From Myxococcales bacterium (GTDB taxonomy: Bacteria > Myxococcota_A > UBA9042 > JABWCM01 > BTVJ01), in NCBI GenBank assembly GCA_045863395.1, contig BTVJ01000090.1, forward strand, positions 1 to 30,923: DNA of 30,923 nucleotides. Direction: 5' to 3'. The translations under genes were made by a program, and so were the position numbers. The stretch's first letter is position 1, and every line of letters starts with the position of its first letter. Of this stretch, positions 1 to 8,921 are shown in pieces. The notes beneath the pieces were generated by a model. That model ran no database searches and was not told the DNA's origin. It saw only the letters and a list, made by a program, of their open reading frames with translations.

Positions 1-40
1 CTTGCCATGCGGGCGCGCCCACGCGCTCGCGACGGGCCAT
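1..40 (-). CDS. Possible 5' end of a gene running off the left edge (MARRERVGAPAWQ...)
   Basis: ATG at 40-38 on the minus strand, preceded by GAGGGTG (SD-like); the frame is open to the edge. A minus-strand TTGACT-17-CATGGT promoter-like element lies at about 351-379. Confidence 0.35.
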   Translation of the reverse strand, partial: MARRERVGAPAWQ

Positions 41-228
41 TTTGAATACACCCTCGTAGCCTGGAGGGCCCGGATTCAAGGGGGCGCGGCACTTCTCGGG
101 TTACATCGGGTCAGCACAAACTTCGACGAAGGGTGGGTCGGCGCCGAAAGGAAGTCACGGCGTCGAACGTAATGGGGTGTGCGTTCGGGGCTGGCGGCTC
201 CGAGGGCACTCTCGGGGGCCCCACATGC

Positions 229-281
229 TGACAATTTTTGTCATACATGCTACAAATTGCGCAGTGGTGACACGGATGTCA
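229..281. promoter_or_regulatory. Two palindromic operator/UAS-like sites, TGACAA-N3-TTGTCA (229-243) and TGACA-N4-TGTCA (268-281)
   Basis: Perfect inverted repeats sharing the TGACA half-site in an AT-richer divergent intergenic region. Confidence 0.55.
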
Positions 282-424
282 GAGAATGGGGACACGAACA
301 GCGGGCGCGCCGGACAGGACCGGCCGCGCTCCGAGAACCGCAGAAACACACCATGACGAATGCCACGGGGCGAGTCAACAGTGTGCGCGAAATTTCTCGG
401 CCCGTTGAAACCGTTCGACTTGAT

Positions 425-440
425 TGGATCGGTTGTTGCA
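425..440 (+). promoter_or_regulatory. Putative sigma54 (-24/-12) promoter upstream of the sigma70-family gene
   Basis: TGGATCGGTTGTTGCA: GG at 426-427, exactly 10 nt, GC at 438-439, with a consensus TTGCA -12 box; about 60 nt before the ATG at 500. Confidence 0.5.
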
Positions 441-499
441 CAACGGGCCGGCCTGGCTGGCTGCCGAAACAACAGGCTGATGCCTGGTGGAGTTGCTGA

Positions 500-2071
500 A
501 TGACCCAGAGCAGGAAGGATGACTCGTTCTCTCTGTTCGATCCGGACGGGAACGAGGCCAAGGAGCCCGATGTGCTGGAGATGGCCGAGACGGGGGCGGC
601 CGTGGCCGACGACGAAGAGGAGCCCCTCTTCAAGAAGCGCACGGAGCGGAAGATCCGCCTCGACGGGGAGAGCGCGACCAACCCCATCCTCATCTACCTG
701 AAGCGAATCGGCGAGGTCTCGCTGCTCACGCGCAAGGGTGAGCGCGAGGTGGCCCGACGTATCGAGACCGGCTCGTTCCGCGTGCTCGAGACCGTGCTGT
801 CCACCGCCTTCGGTGAGTGGGGCATCATGGACCTCCCCCGCAAGATCGCGTGCGGTGAGGAGCCCATCACCTGCCTCTGCGACCCGGCCTCCCGCCTCAC
901 CGAGGACGAGGCCGACGAGATCCGCGATGGCGTGCGGCGCTTCGTGGAGCTGCTCTCCCCCATCGAGGCCGAGTACCGTCAGGTGCGTCGGCGCGTCCTG
1001 GAGGAGGGGGCCGAGTGCATGGAGGACTACCGCGTCGCCATGCGAAGCGTGGTCAAGCTCCTCCGCGAGGATGAGTGGGGCGAGCGCTTCTACCGGGACG
1101 CGCTGCGCAACTTCAAGGACATGGCACGCGACGTTCGGGAGGGGGAGCGCTTCCTGGCGGACTACCTGACGAAGGCAAAGACGTCGCGCGACCGCGTGTC
1201 GTCGGCCTCCGGCACGGCACGCACCGATCAGTCGCGCAAGGCGCGCTTCTACGTGACCCGCTGTGAGGAGGTGTACGAGCGGCTGCAGCTCCCGCTGGAC
1301 CAGATCGTGGCCCTGTACCGCAACATCCTCGAGGCCGAGCGTGAGGTGGAGCGGGCGCGGGCGCTCATGATCCAGGCGAACCTGCGGCTCGTGGTGTCCA
1401 TCGCCAAGAAGTACATGAACCGGGGGATGCACTTCCTGGACCTCATCCAGGAGGGCAACATCGGGCTCATGAAGGCGGTGGAGAAGTTCGAGTACCACCG
1501 CGGCCACAAGTTCTCGACCTACGCGACGTGGTGGATCCGGCAGTCCATCACGCGGGCCATCGCGGACCAGGCGCGGACGATCCGCATCCCCGTGCACCTG
1601 ATCGAGACGCTCAACCGGCTGACGCGCATCAAGGCGCAGCTCGAGCAGCGGCTCGGCCGCGAGCCCAACGACGACGAGATCGCCAAGGAGGCCGAGCTGA
1701 CCGTGTCCCAGGTGAAGCGCACGTTCCGCCTGGCGCGGGCGCCCATCTCCCTGGAGACGCCGGTCGGTGACGATGACAGCCACATCATGGACTTCATCGA
1801 GGACGAGAAGGCCGTCTGCCCCGTCGATGTCGTGGCCCACGGGAACCTGAAGCACATCACGTCGCAGGTGCTCAACAGCCTGTCCGACCGGGAGGAGCGC
1901 ATCCTCCGCAAGCGGTTCGGCATCGGTGAGTCGCAGACCTACACCCTGGAGGAGGTCGGGAAGGACTTCGACCTCACCCGGGAGCGCATCCGGCAGATCG
2001 AGGCGAAGGCCATCGAGAAGCTCCGGCACCCGACGCGCAACGAGCCCCTGCTCGCCTTCGTCGAGAGCTAG
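500..2071 (+). CDS. rpoD: RNA polymerase sigma70 factor, RpoD-like (probably a paralogue)
   Basis: Region 2 ([60 protein letters not shown]), region 3 (PISLETPVG) and region 4.2 ([23 protein letters not shown]). Has a non-conserved region; region 1.2 is divergent and the N-terminus is short. Confidence 0.9.
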   Translation: MTQSRKDDSFSLFDPDGNEAKEPDVLEMAETGAAVADDEEEPLFKKRTERKIRLDGESATNPILIYLKRIGEVSLLTRKGEREVARRIETGSFRVLETVLSTAFGEWGIMDLPRKIACGEEPITCLCDPASRLTEDEADEIRDGVRRFVELLSPIEAEYRQVRRRVLEEGAECMEDYRVAMRSVVKLLREDEWGERFYRDALRNFKDMARDVREGERFLADYLTKAKTSRDRVSSASGTARTDQSRKARFYVTRCEEVYERLQLPLDQIVALYRNILEAEREVERARALMIQANLRLVVSIAKKYMNRGMHFLDLIQEGNIGLMKAVEKFEYHRGHKFSTYATWWIRQSITRAIADQARTIRIPVHLIETLNRLTRIKAQLEQRLGREPNDDEIAKEAELTVSQVKRTFRLARAPISLETPVGDDDSHIMDFIEDEKAVCPVDVVAHGNLKHITSQVLNSLSDREERILRKRFGIGESQTYTLEEVGKDFDLTRERIRQIEAKAIEKLRHPTRNEPLLAFVES

Positions 2072-2091
2072 GCCAAGCCCCCTCTCCCGAG

Positions 2092-2128
2092 CACAGGCCG
2101 CCCCTCTCGGGCGGCCTGTGTCGTTTCT
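2092..2128 (+). terminator. Intrinsic terminator after the sigma factor gene
   Basis: 12-bp stem CACAGGCCGCCC / GGGCGGCCTGTG with a 5-nt loop, followed by TCGTTTCT. Confidence 0.75.
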
Positions 2129-2155
2129 CCCCCCCATGCCGCAGCAATGCACATC

Positions 2156-2184
2156 TTGACCGCGGAGTCTCGGGACACTACCTT
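2156..2184 (+). promoter_or_regulatory. sigma70 promoter for grpE
   Basis: TTGACC-17 nt-TACCTT upstream of a GGGGAG SD and the ATG at 2221. Confidence 0.55.
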
Positions 2185-2220
2185 CCGGCGGCACTTTTGG
2201 TTTGACGACAGGGGAGTGTG

Positions 2221-2877
2221 ATGAGCCAGGATCCCAAGCAGAGCAAGAGCACGGAGGAGCCCAAGGTCGTGGCTCCCGATCATGAGCTACCCCCTGGGGA
2301 GGAGGCGTCCACGGAGCCCCAGGACGGGGACCAGGGGGGCGCGGAGACCGGCGCGGACGCCGAGCCGGAGCAGGCCGAGGAGCCACAGCAGAAGGCGCCG
2401 ACCTACCTGGACATGCTGACGCAGCGCCTGCAGGAGAAGGACGAGCAGCTCCGCGAGTACATCGCCGCCTACAAGCGGGCGGAGGACGACTTCAAGAGGG
2501 CCCGTGAGCGGTACGAGCGGGACATCGCGCGGACCGTGGAGCTCGAGAAGGCGCGCCTGGTGTCGGGGCTCTTCGAGGTCCTCGACAACTTCGAGCGCTC
2601 CATTGACGCGTCCCGATCCACCGGGAGCTACGAGGCGCTCCAGCAGGGCGTCGCCATGGTGTATGGGCAGTTCCTGTCCAAGATGCAGGAGCTCGGCGTC
2701 ACACGCTTCTCGCCCGAGGGGGAGGAGTTCGATCCCGCCACCCAGGACGCCATGGGGGTCATCCCCGTGACAGCGGACGCCCAGCACAACAAGGTGATGG
2801 CCGTGCTGCGCCCCGGGTACGCCATGGGAGACCGGGTGCTCCGCCCGGCCATGGTGCAGGTAGGGCGGAAGTCCTAG
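2221..2877 (+). CDS. grpE: Nucleotide exchange factor GrpE
   Basis: Acidic N-terminus, coiled coil, then LFEVLDNFERSI, GEEFDP and RPGYAMGDRVLRPAMVQV GrpE motifs. Confidence 0.93.
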   Translation: MSQDPKQSKSTEEPKVVAPDHELPPGEEASTEPQDGDQGGAETGADAEPEQAEEPQQKAPTYLDMLTQRLQEKDEQLREYIAAYKRAEDDFKRARERYERDIARTVELEKARLVSGLFEVLDNFERSIDASRSTGSYEALQQGVAMVYGQFLSKMQELGVTRFSPEGEEFDPATQDAMGVIPVTADAQHNKVMAVLRPGYAMGDRVLRPAMVQVGRKS

Positions 2878-2880
2878 AGA

Positions 2881-4260
2881 TCACCTGAGGATCAGCGGCG
2901 ACGTCGGGGGGGCCTCGGGGATCGGGTGGGAGCGCAGCTCGTCGGCGTCCAACGCGACCAGCGGGCTCACCTCCACGAGGGTGTCCTCCGGGAGCATCAC
3001 CGTGCGCGGGTCCCAGCGCTCCACCCACCGCCTCCACTTCGCCGACATCGCGGCCCGGGCCGTCGCTGGTGAGTCGGCGCCGTCCGCGTTCTTCACCGGC
3101 GCGAAGCCCGTCGCCCGGTCCAGCTCCATGATCAGCGTCGTGCCAGCGTAGGGCAGCGCGTCGAACACGAAGTACTCGAGCTTGATGCCCTCCACCGAGG
3201 CGGCGCCCGTCGGGATCGGCTTGCGCGCCATGTGGACGGGGAAGTCGCGCTCGTGGGCCATCTGCGCGAGCAGCTCCATGGTGAAGGCGTGGATCGCCGT
3301 GTTTCCTGCCCGCAGCAGCAGGCCGCCGTCCGGCGCCCGGGCGGTCGCAACCTCCGGCGGGAGCTCCGAGTACTCGACGATGCCGGGCGCCCCGTCCCGG
3401 AGACACAGCACGCCGACGCGCTCCGCGGGATCCACCTTGCGGACCGCGAGGGTGCTCATGCGGCTGCCGGAGAGCGCGTGGTGGCCGAGGAAGGCCGGGT
3501 CGCAGATCGGGGCGAGGGGGTTGTCCACCTGGAAGTAGAAGACGTGCTCGACTCCACGGTCCGCGAGCCACCGCAAGGCGCCGCGCCGCTCCAGCGCCCC
3601 GAACACGCCGCCATGGCCGTCCGGCTGGGCGATCACGTGACTCTCCGGGTCGAGGAGGATGCGCCCGGATGGGTCGAAGGCGGGCAGATCCCCTTGCGGG
3701 AAGAGGAGCACGTCTGTCGGATCCAGGCCAAACCAGCCGTGGGCCTGAAGGAACTCCCAGGTGGCTGCGTGGTTTGTGCCGCTGGTCTGGATGGCCCACG
3801 GGATGGACCGGCCGTAGCGCCGCCCCAGCGCGCGGTGGGTCTCGGCGAAGTGCTGGAACAGGGTGCGATCCGTGACGGGCCCGATGGGGAAGGTGCCCTT
3901 GGGAGCGTCCCAGCCGAGTCGCGTCCCGAGGCCACCCGCGACCAGGAGGGTGGCGATCTTGCCGTCGCGCAGCAGCTCCTCGCCTCGCTCTCGTGCTCCG
4001 GCGTCGTGCTTGCCCAGGGCCACCCAGGGAGGGGCAGCGATGCGCGCAGGATCCAGCGGGTGTGCCTTCACCTCGGCGCGGACGAGCGACGCCAGGCGCT
4101 CGACGGGCACGCCGGCGAGCGGCGTGAGGCGCCGGACGCGCTCGGCGACGGGCACGCCCGCCATGGCAGCGAGGACGTGGTCCTGGCCGGCGCGGCGCAG
4201 CGACTCCTCGACCAGGGCGGACTCGTCGGGGGAGAGGGGGCTCAGAGGGTGTGTGACCAT
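2881..4260 (-). CDS. UDPGP-family pyrophosphorylase (eukaryote-type UDP-GlcNAc/UDP-glucose pyrophosphorylase, UAP-like)
   Basis: LLVAGGLGTRLGWDAPKG, PDGHGG, YFQVDNPL, IVEYSEL, KLEYFVFD and FAPVKNA motifs of the UAP1/UDPGP family. Confidence 0.9.
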   Translation of the reverse strand: MVTHPLSPLSPDESALVEESLRRAGQDHVLAAMAGVPVAERVRRLTPLAGVPVERLASLVRAEVKAHPLDPARIAAPPWVALGKHDAGARERGEELLRDGKIATLLVAGGLGTRLGWDAPKGTFPIGPVTDRTLFQHFAETHRALGRRYGRSIPWAIQTSGTNHAATWEFLQAHGWFGLDPTDVLLFPQGDLPAFDPSGRILLDPESHVIAQPDGHGGVFGALERRGALRWLADRGVEHVFYFQVDNPLAPICDPAFLGHHALSGSRMSTLAVRKVDPAERVGVLCLRDGAPGIVEYSELPPEVATARAPDGGLLLRAGNTAIHAFTMELLAQMAHERDFPVHMARKPIPTGAASVEGIKLEYFVFDALPYAGTTLIMELDRATGFAPVKNADGADSPATARAAMSAKWRRWVERWDPRTVMLPEDTLVEVSPLVALDADELRSHPIPEAPPTSPLILR

Positions 4261-4268
4261 GGCGCCGG

Positions 4269-4339
4269 ATCGTGCCGCGGGTTGCGGGTGATTGCAACTG
4301 CCCCCCGCCCTTGATGGCCCGGCGGGTATGCACTAATGT
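4269..4339. promoter_or_regulatory. Divergent sigma70 promoters
   Basis: Minus strand TTGCAA(4297-4292)-17-CACGAT(4274-4269), 8 nt before the ATG at 4260. Plus strand TTGATG(4311)-17-TAATGT(4334). Confidence 0.5.
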
Positions 4340-4380
4340 TGCGCTCGCCCGGGACATGGGCTTCCACCACGAGGGACCGC

Positions 4381-6141
4381 ATGGCACAGCGCGTCGAGTA
4401 TGCATCGCTTCCGAACACCTCCCCTGCGGGCTACCTCGGGGCGATGAACAAGGTGTACGGCCACGTCAAGCGCAACCGCTTGAAGTGGCGCGACTTCCGG
4501 GACTGGCTCCGCGAGCAGAACCTGTGGTCCAAGGACGACATGCCCGTCGTTCTCTCCCTGCTCGACGTGGCCACTCAGCCCACCGTGGCTCTGGGCCCCT
4601 TCGCCGAGAAGTTCTTCGCCGCGGCCAAGGAGGACGACGCCAAGGCGCTGCTCTTCCAGAGGCTGCGGGAGGCGAACATCATCCTCGTCAAGTCGGTGAT
4701 GGACGTGCTGGACACGGAGCGGGGAGGGCGGCTCTTCTCCACGCACGAGCTGTACCGCATGATCACGAGCCATCTGTACGAGGGCGACTACATCACGCTG
4801 CCGGCCTTCCAGTCGTGGATCGCGTGGATGGAGGCGGCCGGCATCCTGCGCTACATCGGTATCCGGTGGGGGCTGTCCGACTCCGGCAAGGCAGCCATGG
4901 GCTTCATCCGGAACCTCGACATGGAGGAGCTGCTGGAGGACGAGCGCGACGAGAAGGCGGGTGGCGGTTCCACACAGGAAGACGCGCCGGCGCCCGCTCC
5001 GCGCAAGGGGAGACCCGACGCGGTCGTGGCCGTGCCGGCTGCTGCGACGGCGACCTCCGCCGAGGGGGATGAGCTGGACGAGGAGCTGCCTGACGACTTC
5101 GGGGCCCCCGAGCCCCCGGACGACGAGGAGGCTGCGGCGTTCATGGAGCGCCTGGGGATCGCCGCAGAGGACCTGGAGGTGCCCGTGCAGGCCGCAAGTG
5201 TGGATGATGAGCCCTCCCCGGCGCCTTCCCCGGACGCCGCGCCCCTCGCCGCCCCGGCCCGCCGCTCCGTGGTGCGACCCGCCGTTCCCCGCACTCCGGT
5301 GGCGCCCGCCGTCGCGGTCCCGCGGCCGGCGGCGACCGGCCTGGGCGCTCCCCGCCTCCTCGCAGCGCCAGTGGACGATGCCGCCCGCGATGCAAACGCT
5401 GCCGCCATCCGTGCCTGGTGGGTTGGCTACCCGGCCAAGCGCCTGCTCCGGGCGGACGACCTCGGGCTGCACCCCAAGGACTATGACCGGGACCGGGCGC
5501 TCTTCCTGGTCAAGCTCGCGACCTTGGGGGTAGTGGCCTCCGAGGCCATGGACGCGGGTCCCGTGAGGAGCTGGTTTGCCTCCCTGCAGGAGGTGCGGGC
5601 CTTTGAGCGCATCTGGAAGGGTGAGCCCATGGAGGCCGTCCTCGGCGATTTGGGGTATTTCCAGTCGAACCCGAGCCACCTGAAGCTCTCGGAGGCACTC
5701 ATCCACGCGCTCGCCTTCATGGGGCGCCTCCGTCTCACCCCAGGGCTGGTGGAGCGCTGGCAGGGGGAGACGGACGCCGACGCCCTCGCCCGTTCGCTGA
5801 GTCAGGACCTGCTCGGCGGGCACTTCCACCTCGCCGCCGCGTGGGTGCTTCGGGAGATGGTCGCCCAGAAGCTCTGGGAGGCCCCCGCCCTGGCCTCCCT
5901 CGCGGCTGTCCCCACCTACCGGGCGCGCGAGAACGCCTACCGCCTGGGGTTCACGGACTCACTCTACGCAGAGGACCTGGATGCGGCACTGGCCGTGAGC
6001 CGTGCCATCGCGCGGCACTCGACGCCCGAGGTGCCCTTCGACGCTGCTCTGGAGAACCTGCCCGACCAGCTCGGGTGCAGCTTCCACTGCGGGCGCGTCT
6101 ACGTCTGCACCTACCACTGCCGCGAGAAGATCGGGCGGTGA
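4381..6141 (+). CDS. Hypothetical protein: helical/winged-helix-like N-domain, acidic Pro/Ala linker, HhH-GPD-like C-domain with a four-Cys tail
   Basis: Long ORF with strong GC3 bias, a GAGGGA SD before the ATG at 4381, and C-terminal CSFHCGRVYVCTYHC. Confidence 0.75.
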   Translation: MAQRVEYASLPNTSPAGYLGAMNKVYGHVKRNRLKWRDFRDWLREQNLWSKDDMPVVLSLLDVATQPTVALGPFAEKFFAAAKEDDAKALLFQRLREANIILVKSVMDVLDTERGGRLFSTHELYRMITSHLYEGDYITLPAFQSWIAWMEAAGILRYIGIRWGLSDSGKAAMGFIRNLDMEELLEDERDEKAGGGSTQEDAPAPAPRKGRPDAVVAVPAAATATSAEGDELDEELPDDFGAPEPPDDEEAAAFMERLGIAAEDLEVPVQAASVDDEPSPAPSPDAAPLAAPARRSVVRPAVPRTPVAPAVAVPRPAATGLGAPRLLAAPVDDAARDANAAAIRAWWVGYPAKRLLRADDLGLHPKDYDRDRALFLVKLATLGVVASEAMDAGPVRSWFASLQEVRAFERIWKGEPMEAVLGDLGYFQSNPSHLKLSEALIHALAFMGRLRLTPGLVERWQGETDADALARSLSQDLLGGHFHLAAAWVLREMVAQKLWEAPALASLAAVPTYRARENAYRLGFTDSLYAEDLDAALAVSRAIARHSTPEVPFDAALENLPDQLGCSFHCGRVYVCTYHCREKIGR

Positions 6142-6148
6142 CAGCGGG

Positions 6149-7279
6149 CTAGCCGAGCAGGCGGCGCGCGATGGACTGGACCTCGTCCAGGGTGAAAGGC
6201 TTTGCCAGGGACGGGATGGAGTGGTCTGCAAGCCACTGCCGGGTCGGGGAGTCCACGGGCTCGACGACCACCGCGATGAGGCGGCGGGCCAGCTCGGGGG
6301 CCTCCGCGCGCAGGGTCCGATGGAGTGACTGCGCGCCGTCGCCTGGCAGGCGGTAGCTGACGACGATCAAATCAATCGCGTGGGAGCGCGTCGCCGCCAC
6401 GGCCTGCTCCGCAGTCGCTGCCTGGAGAACTGAGCCCCCCAGCGCCCCGATCAGCTCCGCGTACAGGTCGCGCAGGAAGCCCTGGTCCTCGACCACGAGC
6501 ACGGTGCGCCCGTTGAGCGCCGATGGCGGAGGGGACGGCGCCGCCGCTGGCTCCGGGGTGTGCGCTGGGATGCGGACCTCCGCGATGGCGCCGCTCCCGG
6601 GACCTGGGGTCAGCTTCATGGTGCCGCCGTGTCGCTTCACGATGTCCAGCGAGACTGACAGGCCGAGGCCGCTGCCGCCTCCCTTGCTGCGGGTCGTGAA
6701 GAATGGCTCGAACGCTCTCTCTGCCACCTCGGCGGTCACGCCGACGCCTGTGTCGATCACCCGGACGATGACAGCGTCTGGCTCTGCGAACGCCTCCACG
6801 ACGATCTCCCGGGTGCCACGGGTGCCTGCGAGTGCCTGCTCCGCGTTGAGGAGCAGGTTGTAGAGGACCTGGGCGAGCTGCTGCGGATCTCCCTGAATCG
6901 GCGGTAGCGCCGACGCGACGTTCTTGACGAGGCGGACGCCCTCCACGTCGAGCTGGACCTCCCGCATTGCCGTCGCCGCGTGGATGGTCGCGGCAACGTC
7001 CATGGGGCGGAGCTGAGGCGGCTTCTGGCGCGCATGCATCACCAGGTTCTCGATGAGCTTGCGAGCCCGCTCTGCCTGGCTGGAGATGATGCGTGAGTAG
7101 CGGTGGAGCTTCTCGGGAGAGCGCTCCACCTGAAGCAGGTCTGCGAACCCGATGATCGCTGCGAGGGGGTTGTTCAGGTCGTGCGCGATCTTGGCCAGGA
7201 GCTGGCTGACCTCGTCCATGGCGCGGGGTGGTCCCGGCGTCGTCCCTGCTCCCTTTGGCGTGGTCCCCTGCTCGGACAT
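6149..7279 (-). CDS. Cytoplasmic hybrid histidine kinase with an atypical receiver domain
   Basis: H-box AHDLNNPL, N-box QVLYNLLLNAEQA, G1 DTGVG, F-box FEPFFTT, G2 GSGLGL; C-terminal REC domain (VLVVED...AKPF). GGAG SD before the ATG at 7279. Confidence 0.9.
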   Translation of the reverse strand: MSEQGTTPKGAGTTPGPPRAMDEVSQLLAKIAHDLNNPLAAIIGFADLLQVERSPEKLHRYSRIISSQAERARKLIENLVMHARQKPPQLRPMDVAATIHAATAMREVQLDVEGVRLVKNVASALPPIQGDPQQLAQVLYNLLLNAEQALAGTRGTREIVVEAFAEPDAVIVRVIDTGVGVTAEVAERAFEPFFTTRSKGGGSGLGLSVSLDIVKRHGGTMKLTPGPGSGAIAEVRIPAHTPEPAAAPSPPPSALNGRTVLVVEDQGFLRDLYAELIGALGGSVLQAATAEQAVAATRSHAIDLIVVSYRLPGDGAQSLHRTLRAEAPELARRLIAVVVEPVDSPTRQWLADHSIPSLAKPFTLDEVQSIARRLLG

Positions 7280-7317
7280 GGCTCTACTCCTCTCCGGTGC
7301 GCCGAGGCGCCCCTTGC

Positions 7318-8145
7318 TCACTCCACGGCGGCTCGCAGCGCCTCGATCTCCCGATCACTCAACATGCGGACCTCTCCGATGGGCAGAGTCCCGAGGGTCA
7401 GCGGCCCGAAGCGGACGCGGCGAATGCGCAGCACGTTGACCCGAACGGCGTCACACATGCGCCGGATCTGGCGGTTTCTGCCCTCCATGAGGGTGAAACG
7501 GTACCACGCGTTGGTCTTGGTTCTCCGGTCCAGCTCGATGACCGCGGGCAACGTGCGGCGACCGTCCAGCACGATGCCGGCCTGGAGGCGCTCGATGGCC
7601 TTTGCGTCGAGCTCCCCCTGAACCTTCACGTCGTACTCCTTCGCCACGTGGGACTTCGGGTGCAGGAGCTTGTGCGACAGGTCGCCGTCGTTGGTCAACA
7701 AGAGCAGCCCCTCGCTCTGGACGTCCAGCCGCCCCACCGAGAAGACCCGCGGAAGCCCCGGAGGGAGCAGCCGGTAGATGGAGTCCTTCCCCTCGGCCTC
7801 CCCCGCCGAGCACAGGGTCCCCCGCGGCTTGTGCATCATGACGTAGATGTGGCTGGGAGCCTCCACCGACAGGCGCTCACCGTCGAGCGTGACCACGTCG
7901 CGGCCGGGGATGGCGCGGCTCCCGAGCTCCGTGACCACGGTGCCATTGACGGCGATTCGGCCGGCGGTGATCAGCTCCTCGGCCGCACGGCGAGAGGCGA
8001 TGCCGGCCTCTGCGATCAGCTTCTGGAGCCGCACGCCGGGGGTCTTTGGGACAGCCCGTCGTGGGGCTCCCTTGGGGGGGTGTCCCCGGCTGGGCTTCTG
8101 GGCTCGCTGCGGGCGTGAGCCCAGGTCGTCGGGTTGCTGCGTCAT
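7318..8145 (-). CDS. rluB: RsuA/RluB-family rRNA pseudouridine synthase
   Basis: S4 domain RLQKLIAEAGIASRRAAEELI; catalytic VGRLDVQSEGLLLLTNDG; EGRNRQIRRM. Confidence 0.9.
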   Translation of the reverse strand: MTQQPDDLGSRPQRAQKPSRGHPPKGAPRRAVPKTPGVRLQKLIAEAGIASRRAAEELITAGRIAVNGTVVTELGSRAIPGRDVVTLDGERLSVEAPSHIYVMMHKPRGTLCSAGEAEGKDSIYRLLPPGLPRVFSVGRLDVQSEGLLLLTNDGDLSHKLLHPKSHVAKEYDVKVQGELDAKAIERLQAGIVLDGRRTLPAVIELDRRTKTNAWYRFTLMEGRNRQIRRMCDAVRVNVLRIRRVRFGPLTLGTLPIGEVRMLSDREIEALRAAVE

Positions 8146-8183
8146 TCTGCCATCGTCTCCGGGGGGGGGGCGACCGCCCCACG

Positions 8184-8825
8184 TCAGTGGATCAGCGCCC
8201 TCACGAGCATCATGGTCGGGGGCCCGATGATGCGCCCCGCCAGGAGCACGACCATCAAGAACACGCCCATGCCGACGAGCGGGTTCTGCTGCAGCCGCGC
8301 GTAGACCCGGCCCACAGGGCCAGGGAACAAGCTGTGCAGGACCTTGCTGCCGTCCAGCGGGGGCATGGGGATCAAGTTGAAGAGCGCCAGGATGACATTG
8401 ATGAAGACCATCCGCACCAGCAGTCCCGCCGCTGGGGACGTCGAGGCGACCCCGCCCAGCGCGATGTTGAGCACCAGCGCCGCCAGCACCGCCAGGACCA
8501 GGTTTGAGGCAGGGCCCGCGGCCGCAGTGAGCAGGGTCCCGAGGCGTGCGCCGACACTGGCACGGAAACCCCGGGGGTCGTAGGGGACGGGCCTCGCCCA
8601 GCCAAAGAAGAAGCCGCTCCCGCTGAGCACCAGGATCGCTGGCAGCAGGAGGGTCCCGAAGGGATCGATGTGCGAGACCGGGTTGAGCGTCAGCCTCCCT
8701 TGGCTCTCGGCCGTGCGATCACCCAGGGCCCGAGCGGTCGCCGCGTGGGCGAACTCGTGGACCGTCAGGGAAAGGATCATCGGCACGAGGACCAGCACCA
8801 GGTCCTGGACGGGGTTCGGCTCCAC
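8184..8825 (-). CDS. Site-2 protease (M50 family) membrane zinc metalloprotease
   Basis: HEFAH zinc motif, RLTLNPVSHIDP, FGWARPVP, AGPASN and FNLIPMPPLDGS. The start is uncertain; GTG at 8825 was chosen. Confidence 0.9.
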   Translation of the reverse strand: MEPNPVQDLVLVLVPMILSLTVHEFAHAATARALGDRTAESQGRLTLNPVSHIDPFGTLLLPAILVLSGSGFFFGWARPVPYDPRGFRASVGARLGTLLTAAAGPASNLVLAVLAALVLNIALGGVASTSPAAGLLVRMVFINVILALFNLIPMPPLDGSKVLHSLFPGPVGRVYARLQQNPLVGMGVFLMVVLLAGRIIGPPTMMLVRALIH

Positions 8826-8921
8826 AGTACCTCTCGGCGAAGGACCCAGGGTTGGGGCGAGTCTACGAGCAACAGGCTCTCGCCACAAGGGGGGGGGAGC
8901 GTCGGGGCCGGCGTGCCGGGG

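Noticed and set aside
100..200. Possible c-di-GMP-I riboswitch or other RNA (ACAAAC...GAAAGG)
   Set aside because: The required stems and conserved GGACGCAAAGC-type core could not be built; no tRNA cloverleaf either.
155..2386. Long antisense and alternate-frame ORFs (155-2386, 9126-13298, 14158-17121, 17988-19814, 20009-21913 and others)
   Set aside because: Shadow ORFs produced by high GC3 codon bias opposite or over well-supported genes; the translations are low-complexity with no family motifs.
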